This document shows, piece after piece, positions 19,009-28,485 of a stretch of DNA of 64,000 nucleotides (positions within the stretch are counted from its first letter, which is position 1; each line of letters begins with the position of its first letter). This DNA comes from Spirochaetota bacterium (lineage in GTDB: Bacteria; Spirochaetota; Spirochaetia; SZUA-6), in contig JAADHF010000131.1 in assembly GCA_013151965.1 (NCBI GenBank), positions 46,409 to 110,408 on the forward strand, given 5' to 3'. A program made the translations under genes and the position numbers. The notes below the pieces were generated by a model, which had not been told where the DNA came from, made no database searches, and saw nothing but the letters and a program-made list of their open reading frames with translations.

Positions 19009-20211
19009 ATGCAGTCGAAAAGAAAAATAAAAAAAGAAAGACGAATCAATTTCTTTTACAAGGTTAAAGAATTATATCTCGATCTTAAAAAGGAAAAACT
19101 TCCGAATCTTCTGATTGTTGTATTTATTATGGTACTGATAGGAGGTGCGCTGGTTTTTCTTGCCGAGGTCAAAAAAAATCATTCGATGTTTTCTGATTTT
19201 TTTGATGCCTTCTGGTGGGCAGTTGTAACGATTACAACGGTGGGATATGGTGATAAATATCCAATAACAGCAACCGGCAGAATACTGGCTCTTTTTCTTA
19301 TGCTTATGGGTGTTGTAACTACTTCGATACTTTCAGGAACAATAGCGAGTATTTTCGTGGACAGAAAAATCAGGGAGGGTAAAGGTTTGCAAGATGTATC
19401 CATGCGAAATCATCTGGTATTATGCGGCTGGAATAAGAATGCGGAGCAGATACTCGATGGAATCGGAAAAATATCCGGCAGAAGCAAGCAGGAAATTGTA
19501 CTGATAAATGAAATGGATCCTGAAGAATTTCAGTCTCTGACTTCGAAATTTCAGGATATCGATTTAAGGTTTGTTCGCGGTGATTATACACACGAAGTTA
19601 TTCTGAAAAAGAGTTCGATTGTAAATGCAAAAGCTGCTATTCTCCTCTCCGATGAATCCGGCGAAAACAGCCTGGATAATGCAGACGAAAGGACGATTCT
19701 GGCATCGCTTGCCATCAAGTCTATGAATCCCGATATTATTTTAAGTGCGGAAATAGTAAATCCGGAAAATGAACAGCACCTTAAAAGGGCAAATGTCGAT
19801 GACATTATTATCTACGGTGAATTTAACGGTTTTCTTCTTGCAAGTTCGACAATGTCGAATGGTATTCCTCTGCTTGTAAAAGAACTCCTCTCCTTTGAAA
19901 GCAGGAATGTACTTAAGAATATTCCGATCCCCGCTCAGTTTATCGGCAGAAGTTTTATCGAGCTTGCGGACCATTTCCTGAAAAACGGCGAGGGTATTCT
20001 GATCGGTGTATTGTCGGAGGAAAAGAAGATGACTCTGGATGATATCCTGTCCGATGATTCTTCCGCCATAGATGCTTTTATTAAACGAAAGTTTGCCGAA
20101 GCGGAAATAGATCTGTATGAAAGTGCAGAAAAGGAAGAACTGCAGATAAAACTGAATCCGGGTAAGGATTATACTATCAGAGACAACGACTCGGCTTTTA
20201 TATTGGGTTGA
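19009..20211 (+). CDS. Two-TM potassium channel with RCK/TrkA-N domain (MthK-like)
   Basis: WWAVVTITTVGYGD selectivity filter, two TM helices, RCK (HLVLCGWN, FVRGD, ADERT, SAEI). Confidence 0.9.
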   Translation: MQSKRKIKKERRINFFYKVKELYLDLKKEKLPNLLIVVFIMVLIGGALVFLAEVKKNHSMFSDFFDAFWWAVVTITTVGYGDKYPITATGRILALFLMLMGVVTTSILSGTIASIFVDRKIREGKGLQDVSMRNHLVLCGWNKNAEQILDGIGKISGRSKQEIVLINEMDPEEFQSLTSKFQDIDLRFVRGDYTHEVILKKSSIVNAKAAILLSDESGENSLDNADERTILASLAIKSMNPDIILSAEIVNPENEQHLKRANVDDIIIYGEFNGFLLASSTMSNGIPLLVKELLSFESRNVLKNIPIPAQFIGRSFIELADHFLKNGEGILIGVLSEEKKMTLDDILSDDSSAIDAFIKRKFAEAEIDLYESAEKEELQIKLNPGKDYTIRDNDSAFILG

Positions 20212-20224
20212 TCAGGAGCAGATT

Positions 20225-20737
20225 ATGGGAAAGAAGAAGCAAAGCGATCTGTTAAAAAAGGTTGGTATTCTCTCCGATTTAACAGAAGCGGAAAGAAATC
20301 TTATTTTCAAAATCGCAAGAAAGGTCGAGGTATCATCCGGTGATATAATAATGAGAGAAGGAGAGATAGGAGATTCCATGTTTCTGTTTCTCGAGGGAGA
20401 GGTCGAAGTAAGCAAGAATTTAACATTAAAGGTAGGTAAAAGAGGTTTCAGTAAAGCTGAAAAATCTATGGTTAAACTTAACGCTGATTACGTATCATTT
20501 TTCGGGGATATGGCAATGTTCGAAAACGATACGAGAAGTGCCACGATAACGGCATCCGCAGACTGTCTTCTCTACGAGATAAAGAGGGATGATTTCGAAA
20601 AATTATGCAGTGAACATCCGGAAATAGGGTATAAGGTAATTCGGAAGATTGCCACCGTACTATGCAAGAGGGTACGTAAAGGCAATCAGGATGTCCTTAA
20701 ATTAACAACGGCATTAAGTATTGCTCTGTCGAAATAA
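20225..20737 (+). CDS. Stand-alone cyclic-nucleotide-binding domain protein
   Basis: IMREGEIGDSMF..EGEVEV, FFGDMAM....RSAT; no HTH. Confidence 0.88.
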   Translation: MGKKKQSDLLKKVGILSDLTEAERNLIFKIARKVEVSSGDIIMREGEIGDSMFLFLEGEVEVSKNLTLKVGKRGFSKAEKSMVKLNADYVSFFGDMAMFENDTRSATITASADCLLYEIKRDDFEKLCSEHPEIGYKVIRKIATVLCKRVRKGNQDVLKLTTALSIALSK

Positions 20738-20744
20738 CCGTATT

Positions 20745-21290
20745 ATGAAACGAAGTATCATTAAAATCCTTTTATTTATATCACTTCTGGTTTCTCTGGA
20801 TGCACAATCGGCATTAGCGGATGCTAAGAAACTGCCCATGGGTTTCCGGTCGATACTTCTCGGCATGACGGTTAATGAGGTTAAGGAAAAGCTTTCCGCT
20901 GATCTGTACTTTAACTACAGGGGTGATCCGGATGTAAGCCTTTTACCTGAACCGGAACAGATACTTATTAACAGTACAGGAAATTCATATATAAACATGG
21001 GATATTTTCAGTTTTACAGGGGAAAACTGTTCAGTATTATTCTGGAAATAAACAGGGATAAAATGGATTATTATTCCATCTATACCACACTTACCGGAAA
21101 ATACGGAGAACCCGGTTCTCTCTCTCCCGGTGAGGCTGTCTGGCAGTCCTTAAGTGTTCGTTTATCTCTGGAAAAACCTTTGACTGTTAAATACATGGAT
21201 GAAAAGGTTTTTAAAAAATTAAAGGAAAGGGGAAGAACGCGGGAAAATCTGAATAATATCTCACGCAAAGATTTTCTCGATCAGTTCTGA
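20745..21290 (+). CDS. Exported hypothetical protein
   Basis: ATG 20745 gives the signal peptide MKRSIIKILLFISLLVSLDA; lies within the operon. Confidence 0.7.
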   Translation: MKRSIIKILLFISLLVSLDAQSALADAKKLPMGFRSILLGMTVNEVKEKLSADLYFNYRGDPDVSLLPEPEQILINSTGNSYINMGYFQFYRGKLFSIILEINRDKMDYYSIYTTLTGKYGEPGSLSPGEAVWQSLSVRLSLEKPLTVKYMDEKVFKKLKERGRTRENLNNISRKDFLDQF

Positions 21291-21296
21291 TTTATT

Positions 21297-22460
21297 ATGA
21301 TTATTTTAAGAAAAGAGAAAATACGTTCGGTAATGCAGTATAAACATCCCTGGATTTTTAAAAACACTATTAAAAGAATTACAGGCGGACATGCAAACGG
21401 AGATCTCGTAGAAATCAGATCGGAAGACAATATTGAAATAGGATATGGTTTCTATTCTCCGAACAGTCTTATAGCGGTAAGAATGGTGTGTTTCGGCAGC
21501 TGCAGACCGGAAGGCATGTGGGTGGATGAAAAAATAAAGTCTGCAGTTAAGCTGCGGCGGCAGATGCATATAAACTCCAATGCATTCCGCCTTATTAATT
21601 CCGAAGGTGATTTTTTCCCCGGCCTTATAGTCGATGTCTATAACAGTACGGCTGTTATAAAGATACAGATAAGGGGAATCGAGAAAATTATCGGGAACAT
21701 TGTGTCGGCGGTTAAAGAGTATCTTCCTGTAAAGTGCATATATCTGAAAAGGGATGAAAAGGCTGCAAGAGTGGAAAAACTGGAATTGGAAGGGGGGTAT
21801 CTCTCCGGAACCGGAGACGGGAGAGAGATTATAGAAGAAAACGGCTTAAGTTTTATCGTCGATATTTCCCGGGGACAGAAAACAGGTTTTTATCTCGATC
21901 AGCGGGAGAACAGAGTTATAGCCGAGGCTATCTCAGAAGAAAAGAATGTTCTTAACCTTTTTTCTTACACAGGCGGATTTGCACTTTTCGCTTCGAAAGG
22001 AGGTGCATCCGGAGTCTGTTCGGTGGAAAATTCCTCTTATGCAGTTGAACTCTCCGAAGAAAATGAAAAATTGAACAAAGGAAAGCTAAAGGGAACTCTC
22101 GAATGGAAACGCGGTGATGTTTTTGAATTTCTTAAAAGCTGCGGAACCTTTGATGTTATTGTTCTGGACCCTCCTCCGTTTGCCAGGAAAAAACAGGAAG
22201 TTCCCGGTGCATTACGGGGCTACGGCACACTTCATGAGCTGGCATTTACCGGATTAAAAAAAGAGGGTTTTCTTTTAACATTCTCCTGTTCGGGAAGTAT
22301 TACCGGGAAGATGTTTAAAGATATGCTTTTAAGGTCTGCCCTTGTGTCGGGGAGGGATGTCCGGCTTGTATCGGAGCTCCATGCGGCAAAGGATCATCCG
22401 GTTTCTCTCTTTCATCCGGAGGGCGAATATCTTAAGGGATGGCTTGTCTATGTTAAGTAG
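21297..22460 (+). CDS. rlmI: RlmI-like class I SAM-dependent rRNA methyltransferase
   Basis: HPWIF PUA domain, SEGDFFPGLIVD, GQKTGFYLDQRENR, LNLFSYTGGF, LDPPPF, FSCSG, PEGEYLKG. Confidence 0.85.
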   Translation: MIILRKEKIRSVMQYKHPWIFKNTIKRITGGHANGDLVEIRSEDNIEIGYGFYSPNSLIAVRMVCFGSCRPEGMWVDEKIKSAVKLRRQMHINSNAFRLINSEGDFFPGLIVDVYNSTAVIKIQIRGIEKIIGNIVSAVKEYLPVKCIYLKRDEKAARVEKLELEGGYLSGTGDGREIIEENGLSFIVDISRGQKTGFYLDQRENRVIAEAISEEKNVLNLFSYTGGFALFASKGGASGVCSVENSSYAVELSEENEKLNKGKLKGTLEWKRGDVFEFLKSCGTFDVIVLDPPPFARKKQEVPGALRGYGTLHELAFTGLKKEGFLLTFSCSGSITGKMFKDMLLRSALVSGRDVRLVSELHAAKDHPVSLFHPEGEYLKGWLVYVK

Positions 22461-22893
22461 ATATTTTCTGCCTGCTGCACTCGTATATTTTATTTTAATG
22501 GCTTCATGCGGCAGCGGTCTTAAAAAGGTTATAGTAAAAATAAAGGGGACGCCCTTGACAGTGGAGATAGCCGGAACCGATTCGGAGCGTGAACACGGTT
22601 TGATGGACAGAAAAAAGTTAGGGAAATATACCGGAATGCTCTTTGTCTTTAAAGAGGATCAGCATCTTTCTTTCTGGATGAAAGATACGTTTATTCCCCT
22701 GTCGATTGCCTTTCTCTCCAGGGAAGGAAAAATTCTGGAGATAGAAGACATGAAGCCGATGTCGGAAAGGATAATACGTTCGAAATATTCCAGCCGTTTT
22801 GCCCTTGAGGTTAATAAAGGGCTCTTTAATGAAATCGGTGCCTCTGTTGGTGATTATGTGGAATTCCCTGCGGATTTTAAAAAAGCTTACTGA
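22450..22893 (+). CDS. DUF192-family lipoprotein
   Basis: VEIA...REHGLM, GMLFVF, FWMKDTFIPLSIAF, ALEVNKG; lipobox MASC from ATG 22450. Confidence 0.85.
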   Translation: MLSRYFLPAALVYFILMASCGSGLKKVIVKIKGTPLTVEIAGTDSEREHGLMDRKKLGKYTGMLFVFKEDQHLSFWMKDTFIPLSIAFLSREGKILEIEDMKPMSERIIRSKYSSRFALEVNKGLFNEIGASVGDYVEFPADFKKAY

Positions 22894-23132
22894 TCACGTT
22901 CGTTATCCAATTCCGGGAAAAGTTCGAGTCTGGGTTCCTCCCCGGTTTTTTCCGGTTCATTGGTAAGAATTTGTATTTTTCTTTCTACCTTCGCGAGCTC
23001 TTTTTCCAGTTGTCCGGCTATTTTTGTTCCCTCTTCGAAGAGCGCAATTGCCTGTTCCAGGGGTAACTGACCGTCTCTTAATTTATCCGCAAGCTCTTCC
23101 AGCCTTGCTAATTTTTCTTCAAAAGTTTTCAT
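22887..23132 (-). CDS. xseB: Exodeoxyribonuclease VII small subunit
   Basis: TFEEKLARLEE...LPLEQAIALFEEG; overlaps the end of xseA. Confidence 0.92.
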   Translation of the reverse strand: MKTFEEKLARLEELADKLRDGQLPLEQAIALFEEGTKIAGQLEKELAKVERKIQILTNEPEKTGEEPRLELFPELDNERDQ

Positions 23133-24336
23133 TTTCAGAAATCTCCTTCACTGTTGCACCGAGATATCCTTTGTAAAGTCTTACGCCGATTTCATCATTA
23201 ACCGACACCTCGTCTGTATCTCTTATAATTTTTCCTGTTTTTTTCAAGGTAACTGCCGCATAGCCTTTTTTAAGAATTTCCAGGGGAGAATAAGAGGTGA
23301 TTTTACTCACAACCAGTTCTATTCGATGCCGGATAGCGGAAGTCAGATCGGTAATCGATCTGTCCAGCCGGTCCTTTGCGTCATCCAGCCGTAAAATATA
23401 ATTTTTTAATATAAGTTCAAAATTTCTTTTTATATTCTCCCTGCTGACACGCTCTAAGAGCATGGTTATGTGTTTTAAACGCTGATTAACGGAATCTGTT
23501 ATTCGTTTTTTAGATTGAGTTATCCGCCGCATAATCTCCTCTCTGGATGCCGATACCATTTCTGCAGCGGCGGACGGAGTGGGAGCGCGCAGATCGGCTG
23601 CGAGGTCTGTTAATGTGAGATCGATTTCATGGCCTACTGCTGATATGACAGGTATATTCGATTCCGCAATTGCCGTAACAACTTCCTCGCTGTAAAATGG
23701 CAGAAGGTCTTCTAAAGAACCGCCGCCTCTTGTAACAATTATCACATCACCGAGATTATACCTGTTGGTTGTGCGTATCTGCCTGCTGATAATTTCGGCA
23801 GCTCCGTCGCCCTGTACCGGCGCAGGCAGGATTATAAGGTTAAGCGAAGTATTCCGTCTTTTAAGAACTCTTAGTATATCCTTAATAGCAGCTCCGGTAG
23901 GTGATGTAACTACAGCCACTTTCGACGGCATAAGCGGTATCTTTTTTTTCTTTTCCGCATCGAAAAATCCTTCTGCAGCGAGTTTTCTCTTTCGCTGCTC
24001 TATGAGTGCAAGTAATGCACCTTCCCCGGATTTTGTTAATGATTCGCATATAAGCTGGTAACTGCCTCTCTTCGGATAGACGGAAATACTCCCCCTTGCA
24101 AGCGCGAGCATACCGTCTTCAGGTTTAAATTTAAGGGAAGAGAGTCTGTTTTTAAACATAACTACGGATATAAGTGCATCTTTATCTTTTAACGTAAAGT
24201 AGTAGTGGCCGGTGCTCGAAGGACGGAAGTTGGAAATTTCACCTTCTATACTTACATTCGGAAAATTATCTTCCAGCATATTGCGGATAAGGAATGTGAT
24301 TTCCGAAACAGAATAATGTTTTTCCGTATTAAGCAT
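23119..24336 (-). CDS. xseA: Exodeoxyribonuclease VII large subunit
   Basis: GEISNF, GHYYFTLKD, TSPTGAAIKD, RGGGSLEDL, SAVGHEID, RAPTPSAAAE. Confidence 0.95.
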   Translation of the reverse strand: MLNTEKHYSVSEITFLIRNMLEDNFPNVSIEGEISNFRPSSTGHYYFTLKDKDALISVVMFKNRLSSLKFKPEDGMLALARGSISVYPKRGSYQLICESLTKSGEGALLALIEQRKRKLAAEGFFDAEKKKKIPLMPSKVAVVTSPTGAAIKDILRVLKRRNTSLNLIILPAPVQGDGAAEIISRQIRTTNRYNLGDVIIVTRGGGSLEDLLPFYSEEVVTAIAESNIPVISAVGHEIDLTLTDLAADLRAPTPSAAAEMVSASREEIMRRITQSKKRITDSVNQRLKHITMLLERVSRENIKRNFELILKNYILRLDDAKDRLDRSITDLTSAIRHRIELVVSKITSYSPLEILKKGYAAVTLKKTGKIIRDTDEVSVNDEIGVRLYKGYLGATVKEISENENF

Positions 24337-24342
24337 AATGTG

Positions 24343-24371
24343 AAGTTACAGTTTTTAATGAACCTTTGCAA
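24343..24371 (-). promoter_or_regulatory. sigma70-type promoter of xseAB (leaderless geometry)
   Basis: TTGCAA, 17 nt, TAACTT, 6 nt, ATG; no SD sequence. Confidence 0.5.
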
Positions 24372-24405
24372 GAATAATCGGGAATAATCGTACCGCCGTA
24401 AAGAG

Positions 24406-25671
24406 CTATTTGTCAAATATTTCGAGCGGCGGAGGCGGAGCACCGCCTTCCCATACATTATCGTATTCCGACATAAATGGTTTTCCGTAGAGAAATTCGA
24501 ATATGAATCTGAAATCTTCCGGAGTTACCCTTAAAAATTGGACTCCGAAGAAGTATATATCATTGTCTTTGAATTTTCTCATAATCCTGGACCCTATGAG
24601 GAGTTTTCTGTTGTTGATTATTACTGAAAGTTCTAAATCCGTATGGAGAAGCAGGTCTTTGGCAAGTTCCGGTGAGCTGTGAGAAAAGAGGATACCGGAA
24701 GCACTCATATCGATAACCGGAGCTTCGAATCTCTTTTCTCCCATAGTTTCCGCTTTAAAATAACCGTTTATTTTTAAAGAATAGGCGAGCACTTTGGCGA
24801 ATTGATAAACATAATCGACCAGGTTTTCGGTGATTCGTTTCTTGTTTTCCCTTGAATTGTAAAGATGAATATAACCGACAATGTATTCATTATAGATGAT
24901 CGGGACAAAGAGTTCGGAGAATATATCTCTTTTCGTTTTTTCGTAGAGAATGTTTCCGAGTTTGCTTGTTATGATATAGGGCGGTGTGCCTCTGTTTTCC
25001 TCATATTTTATTAAATCCCTCTTTGTAACAATACGCTCGTCGGGAAAGGGATCGGTTATCGGAAATTCATCCTCCGTGGAAGGGATCCAAAGAATTTTAC
25101 CGGTTTCGGTTATTACCTTTTCATCAAAATTTTTCGGCAGTTTATCCCTGAACATCATAATTTTATTTTCCGAAACTATCACGGCCATTTTTTTTCTGAA
25201 TGACATAATAAGGGTGCTGATTTTAGAAGTGTCGAAGTGTTCGGAAACCTCAGGTCTTTCCGCATTCTGAAAAACCGGTGTTTTCGGAAAGTTAAGTTCT
25301 ATTTTCTTGCCCTTTAATGTGAAATAAACTTCTATCCCCTCCGGCATTTTAATGCGTTCATATTTTCTCTGCAGGTTTTTATATACACCCTCCGGATGTT
25401 TCAGGATGAGAGTATTGCTCTCTGCTTTTATAACGGCGGAATTAAATGTGTGATAGTTGTTTTTAAAGTAAAAGAATACCCGGACCTGTTCTTTTTCTCT
25501 TAAGATGTCCATGGATTCGGATTCACCCTGGATGGTTATTTTCTCGTCGTCGGCTTCGACTATGGTGCCCTTAAACTCTTTCTGGTGGCCATGAAGCTCC
25601 AGAGGTATCCTGTTGTCGATCAGGGATTTAAAAACAAATTCTTTTTCTATTCTTCCGACCTGTGTTCCCAT
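24406..25671 (-). CDS. PilZ-domain c-di-GMP-binding protein with GAF-like insertion (DUF1577-like)
   Basis: QRKYER (RxxxR) and DMSASG (DxSxxG) lie about 200 aa apart; GAF-like VPII..EYIVGYIHL between them. Confidence 0.75.
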   Translation of the reverse strand: MGTQVGRIEKEFVFKSLIDNRIPLELHGHQKEFKGTIVEADDEKITIQGESESMDILREKEQVRVFFYFKNNYHTFNSAVIKAESNTLILKHPEGVYKNLQRKYERIKMPEGIEVYFTLKGKKIELNFPKTPVFQNAERPEVSEHFDTSKISTLIMSFRKKMAVIVSENKIMMFRDKLPKNFDEKVITETGKILWIPSTEDEFPITDPFPDERIVTKRDLIKYEENRGTPPYIITSKLGNILYEKTKRDIFSELFVPIIYNEYIVGYIHLYNSRENKKRITENLVDYVYQFAKVLAYSLKINGYFKAETMGEKRFEAPVIDMSASGILFSHSSPELAKDLLLHTDLELSVIINNRKLLIGSRIMRKFKDNDIYFFGVQFLRVTPEDFRFIFEFLYGKPFMSEYDNVWEGGAPPPPLEIFDK

Positions 25672-25674
25672 TAT

Positions 25675-27123
25675 TTACTCGCCGTTTATAGAGAGATAGC
25701 TGCCGGCTGCGGAACTGCTCATTATTCTTACAAGGTAATCGCCGGAAGAAAGATTGTAAATTACCTGCAGCGGCTTTTCTTTTTTACGTATACCCTCCTG
25801 TAATAAAAGCTGAGGAAGGGCGAATATCTCGAGGTGTAAACCCGCGTTCCTGTAGTTAATCCGGTAGGTGCCGGTATTGATAATTCTTAAGAGAAAGAAA
25901 GCCGGTGCATTCCCGCTGTCTGCATGATAAGTTTTACCGTCCGGATAGATTCTATCGACCTTAAGTCTGTTAAGAGTGACGGAATACTCTGCCGGCTGAA
26001 TACCGGAATTGAGCATTTCCACTTTTATCTTAACCGGCATAATGCCTAAAAAAAGACCCGCTGTAACAGGTACCCCGGGCTTACTGCCTGTTTCTTTAAA
26101 GAGATATTTATTTCCCGCATCATTATAAACGGACAATGAAAGAACGGCTTCGGCACTGCGCAGAACAATAGAGTAAAAACCCGGTTTTGCCGGGGCAATT
26201 AGAATCCAGTCCGTATCATCAGGTGCGATTGTATGTTTTTGAGTTTCGCCTGACTTTAATGCTTCTGCCTGTTTTTCTTTATTGCCGGATTTCGACCCGT
26301 CATTACTGTTATGTGTAAAATCTACTATGAGTTTATACGGTCCTGTCGTATAGGGAGTAAGGCCTGTTATTTCGATAATGTAGATTCCCTTATCCGGATT
26401 GACTGTGAGTTTTGATGAACTCTCCGGGGAAGAATTGTCATTGGATGCATAAGGAAATTCTTCTCCTTCTCTAAAGAGCAGTATCCGTATGTCGATGTCC
26501 GCTATTGCCGAGATTGTTACCGATTCTTTTTGCTTCAGTTGAAATATAAACCGGTCCGTATCATTGTCTGTAAGGCTTCTATCAAAAGTACTGATGCCTT
26601 CCGGTCTTATCTCCACTTCGAATCCCGGGTTATCGTCGGGTTCAAAAGGGTCGATGGGGGGAGGCTGTTCTTCGGCATCCTGATTGGAAGAGGAATGTAT
26701 AAGTGCATTTATGCCGGGACTTCTATCAAGATCAACGTTCATCCCCCCGATTAACGATCCGTCTGCCTTTATGATTCTCACAACTATCCTTACTTTCTCC
26801 CGGTATATCTGAATTTCTCCCGATATGGTAAACATTACCCCGGCATCTGGAACGTGAGTTATGGTAACATTTCTGTAGAGCTCTGCAAGGCGAATTTCGA
26901 GCAGACCGGATATTCTCCGGCCGAGCAGGTCCGATTCTCCGTCTTCAGGATTATCCGGCAGAAAGGTTTCTACGGAAATGCTGTAACTCTGCCTGTCCAT
27001 TATATTCGTAGTGATATAAGCACTGATCCTGTCGACAACCTGATCTATTCCTTCTAACGTATCAGGTACCGCCTGGATGAGAGGAAACGAAAGTATAATA
27101 AAAAGGAATACACCTTTTTTCAT
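25675..27123 (-). CDS. Exported protein with FlgO/CsgG-like N-terminus and PPC-like beta-sandwich repeats
   Basis: Signal peptide; DPFEPDD, DTDRFIF, DTDWILI, ASNDN, GPYKL segments. Confidence 0.6.
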   Translation of the reverse strand: MKKGVFLFIILSFPLIQAVPDTLEGIDQVVDRISAYITTNIMDRQSYSISVETFLPDNPEDGESDLLGRRISGLLEIRLAELYRNVTITHVPDAGVMFTISGEIQIYREKVRIVVRIIKADGSLIGGMNVDLDRSPGINALIHSSSNQDAEEQPPPIDPFEPDDNPGFEVEIRPEGISTFDRSLTDNDTDRFIFQLKQKESVTISAIADIDIRILLFREGEEFPYASNDNSSPESSSKLTVNPDKGIYIIEITGLTPYTTGPYKLIVDFTHNSNDGSKSGNKEKQAEALKSGETQKHTIAPDDTDWILIAPAKPGFYSIVLRSAEAVLSLSVYNDAGNKYLFKETGSKPGVPVTAGLFLGIMPVKIKVEMLNSGIQPAEYSVTLNRLKVDRIYPDGKTYHADSGNAPAFFLLRIINTGTYRINYRNAGLHLEIFALPQLLLQEGIRKKEKPLQVIYNLSSGDYLVRIMSSSAAGSYLSINGE

Positions 27124-27139
27124 TCTTGCAATCAGCTGA

Positions 27140-27706
27140 TTAAAGACCTAACCGATCCGCGACTTCTCTCATGGAAATAACCGCTATGTTAGAGAATTCA
27201 TCGACATCAAGACCTATCTTTTCGCACAGCATTATGTTATCACGAGAGACTTTCCTCGCGAAATCCTTTTTTTTCATTCGTTTAACTACAGATGATGGTT
27301 TTACCGAGCTTAACTTTTTATCGGGCATTACAAGTGCCGTTGCCACTATCAACCCGGTAATTGTTTCCCCGCATGTTAAAGCATAGTCCAAAACGGTTTT
27401 TCGTTCAACCCCCAGCCCTTCCGCATTATGAGCCTTGATTGCATTTAAATGTTCCTCCGGAACATTAAGGGGTTTTAGAATTTCAACGGTTTTTAATCCG
27501 TGGATTTCGGGGTCCTGTGTAAGGTCGAAATCAAGATCATGGACCATTCCGATGGCCGCCCATTCTCCCTCATCCTGTCCGAGCCGTCTGGCGAGCCCCC
27601 GCATAACGGCACCTGCGGCAATACTGTGTTTTTTAAGCCAATCCGAAATTACATACCGGGAAAGAAGTTCCTCTGCTTTCGCCTCTGTCAGAATGGTCTG
27701 CTTCAT
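27140..27706 (-). CDS. HD/HDIG-domain phosphohydrolase
   Basis: LKKHS...GMVHDLD...HG...AIKAHN, ETITGLI, SVVKRMKKKDFA. Confidence 0.85.
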   Translation of the reverse strand: MKQTILTEAKAEELLSRYVISDWLKKHSIAAGAVMRGLARRLGQDEGEWAAIGMVHDLDFDLTQDPEIHGLKTVEILKPLNVPEEHLNAIKAHNAEGLGVERKTVLDYALTCGETITGLIVATALVMPDKKLSSVKPSSVVKRMKKKDFARKVSRDNIMLCEKIGLDVDEFSNIAVISMREVADRLGL

Positions 27707-27709
27707 TTT

Positions 27710-28381
27710 TTATTCCTCCATAATCCAGCTGTATGAATTGGGAACAAATTTTTCCTTTTTCTGCTTTACAGACAGCTGGTTAAGATTTAACTGTACATCC
27801 GTAATAAGCCATTTGCCGTCTTTTCTTTTAAGATACAGCTGACCCTCTGTCGAACCTTTTAAACCGAAGAGTCTGCTGTTTACGGTAGCGGTTTGTTTAT
27901 CCGGCCTGTTGATAGATCCGATTCTGTAACTTTTAACCTGACCGGATTCTTTAAGGTAATATGAATACAGTTTTTTTATACTCTGATAATCATCCGGATT
28001 TACAGCCTCTTTATTAATGATCCTATCGCGAAAATCATCCAGGAATTCCTTTACCGGGGTCAATATATCCCTGTCTTCCTTTGAAATATCTATTTCCGGC
28101 TGTAATCCGCCGATTTTAAAATCCTTGGGAAAAACAGAGGGGCCGTTATTCAGAGGAAGGAGGATGTCCGTGATATTGCCTTTAGCCTCCTTTGCCCCGG
28201 GTTTGGAACCGGTAGTTCTCTTTAGTACAACCTTGTTGGGGTTGGTTTTATTAGTTTTAGGCTGTACCGCCGAGGTGCTGTTCCTGCCCGGTAAATTTTT
28301 CTGTGTCTGCACCGTCCTTTTCCCCTTGCTGCAGGAAAGTAAAACTGCAAGACAGGCAATTATAAAAAAAGCTCTACGCAT
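27710..28381 (-). CDS. Hypothetical lipoprotein
   Basis: Lipobox LLSC, disordered N-terminus, NTF2-like C-terminal end (DGKWLITD). Confidence 0.75.
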   Translation of the reverse strand: MRRAFFIIACLAVLLSCSKGKRTVQTQKNLPGRNSTSAVQPKTNKTNPNKVVLKRTTGSKPGAKEAKGNITDILLPLNNGPSVFPKDFKIGGLQPEIDISKEDRDILTPVKEFLDDFRDRIINKEAVNPDDYQSIKKLYSYYLKESGQVKSYRIGSINRPDKQTATVNSRLFGLKGSTEGQLYLKRKDGKWLITDVQLNLNQLSVKQKKEKFVPNSYSWIMEE

Positions 28382-28485
28382 ATCTAATTCTTATCAGATG
28401 AAATGATATTCGTCAAATACTGGAATATCATCCGGTATTGCTGTATATTATTGAGATTGATTTTAGATGCATTTCGGAGGAATAC

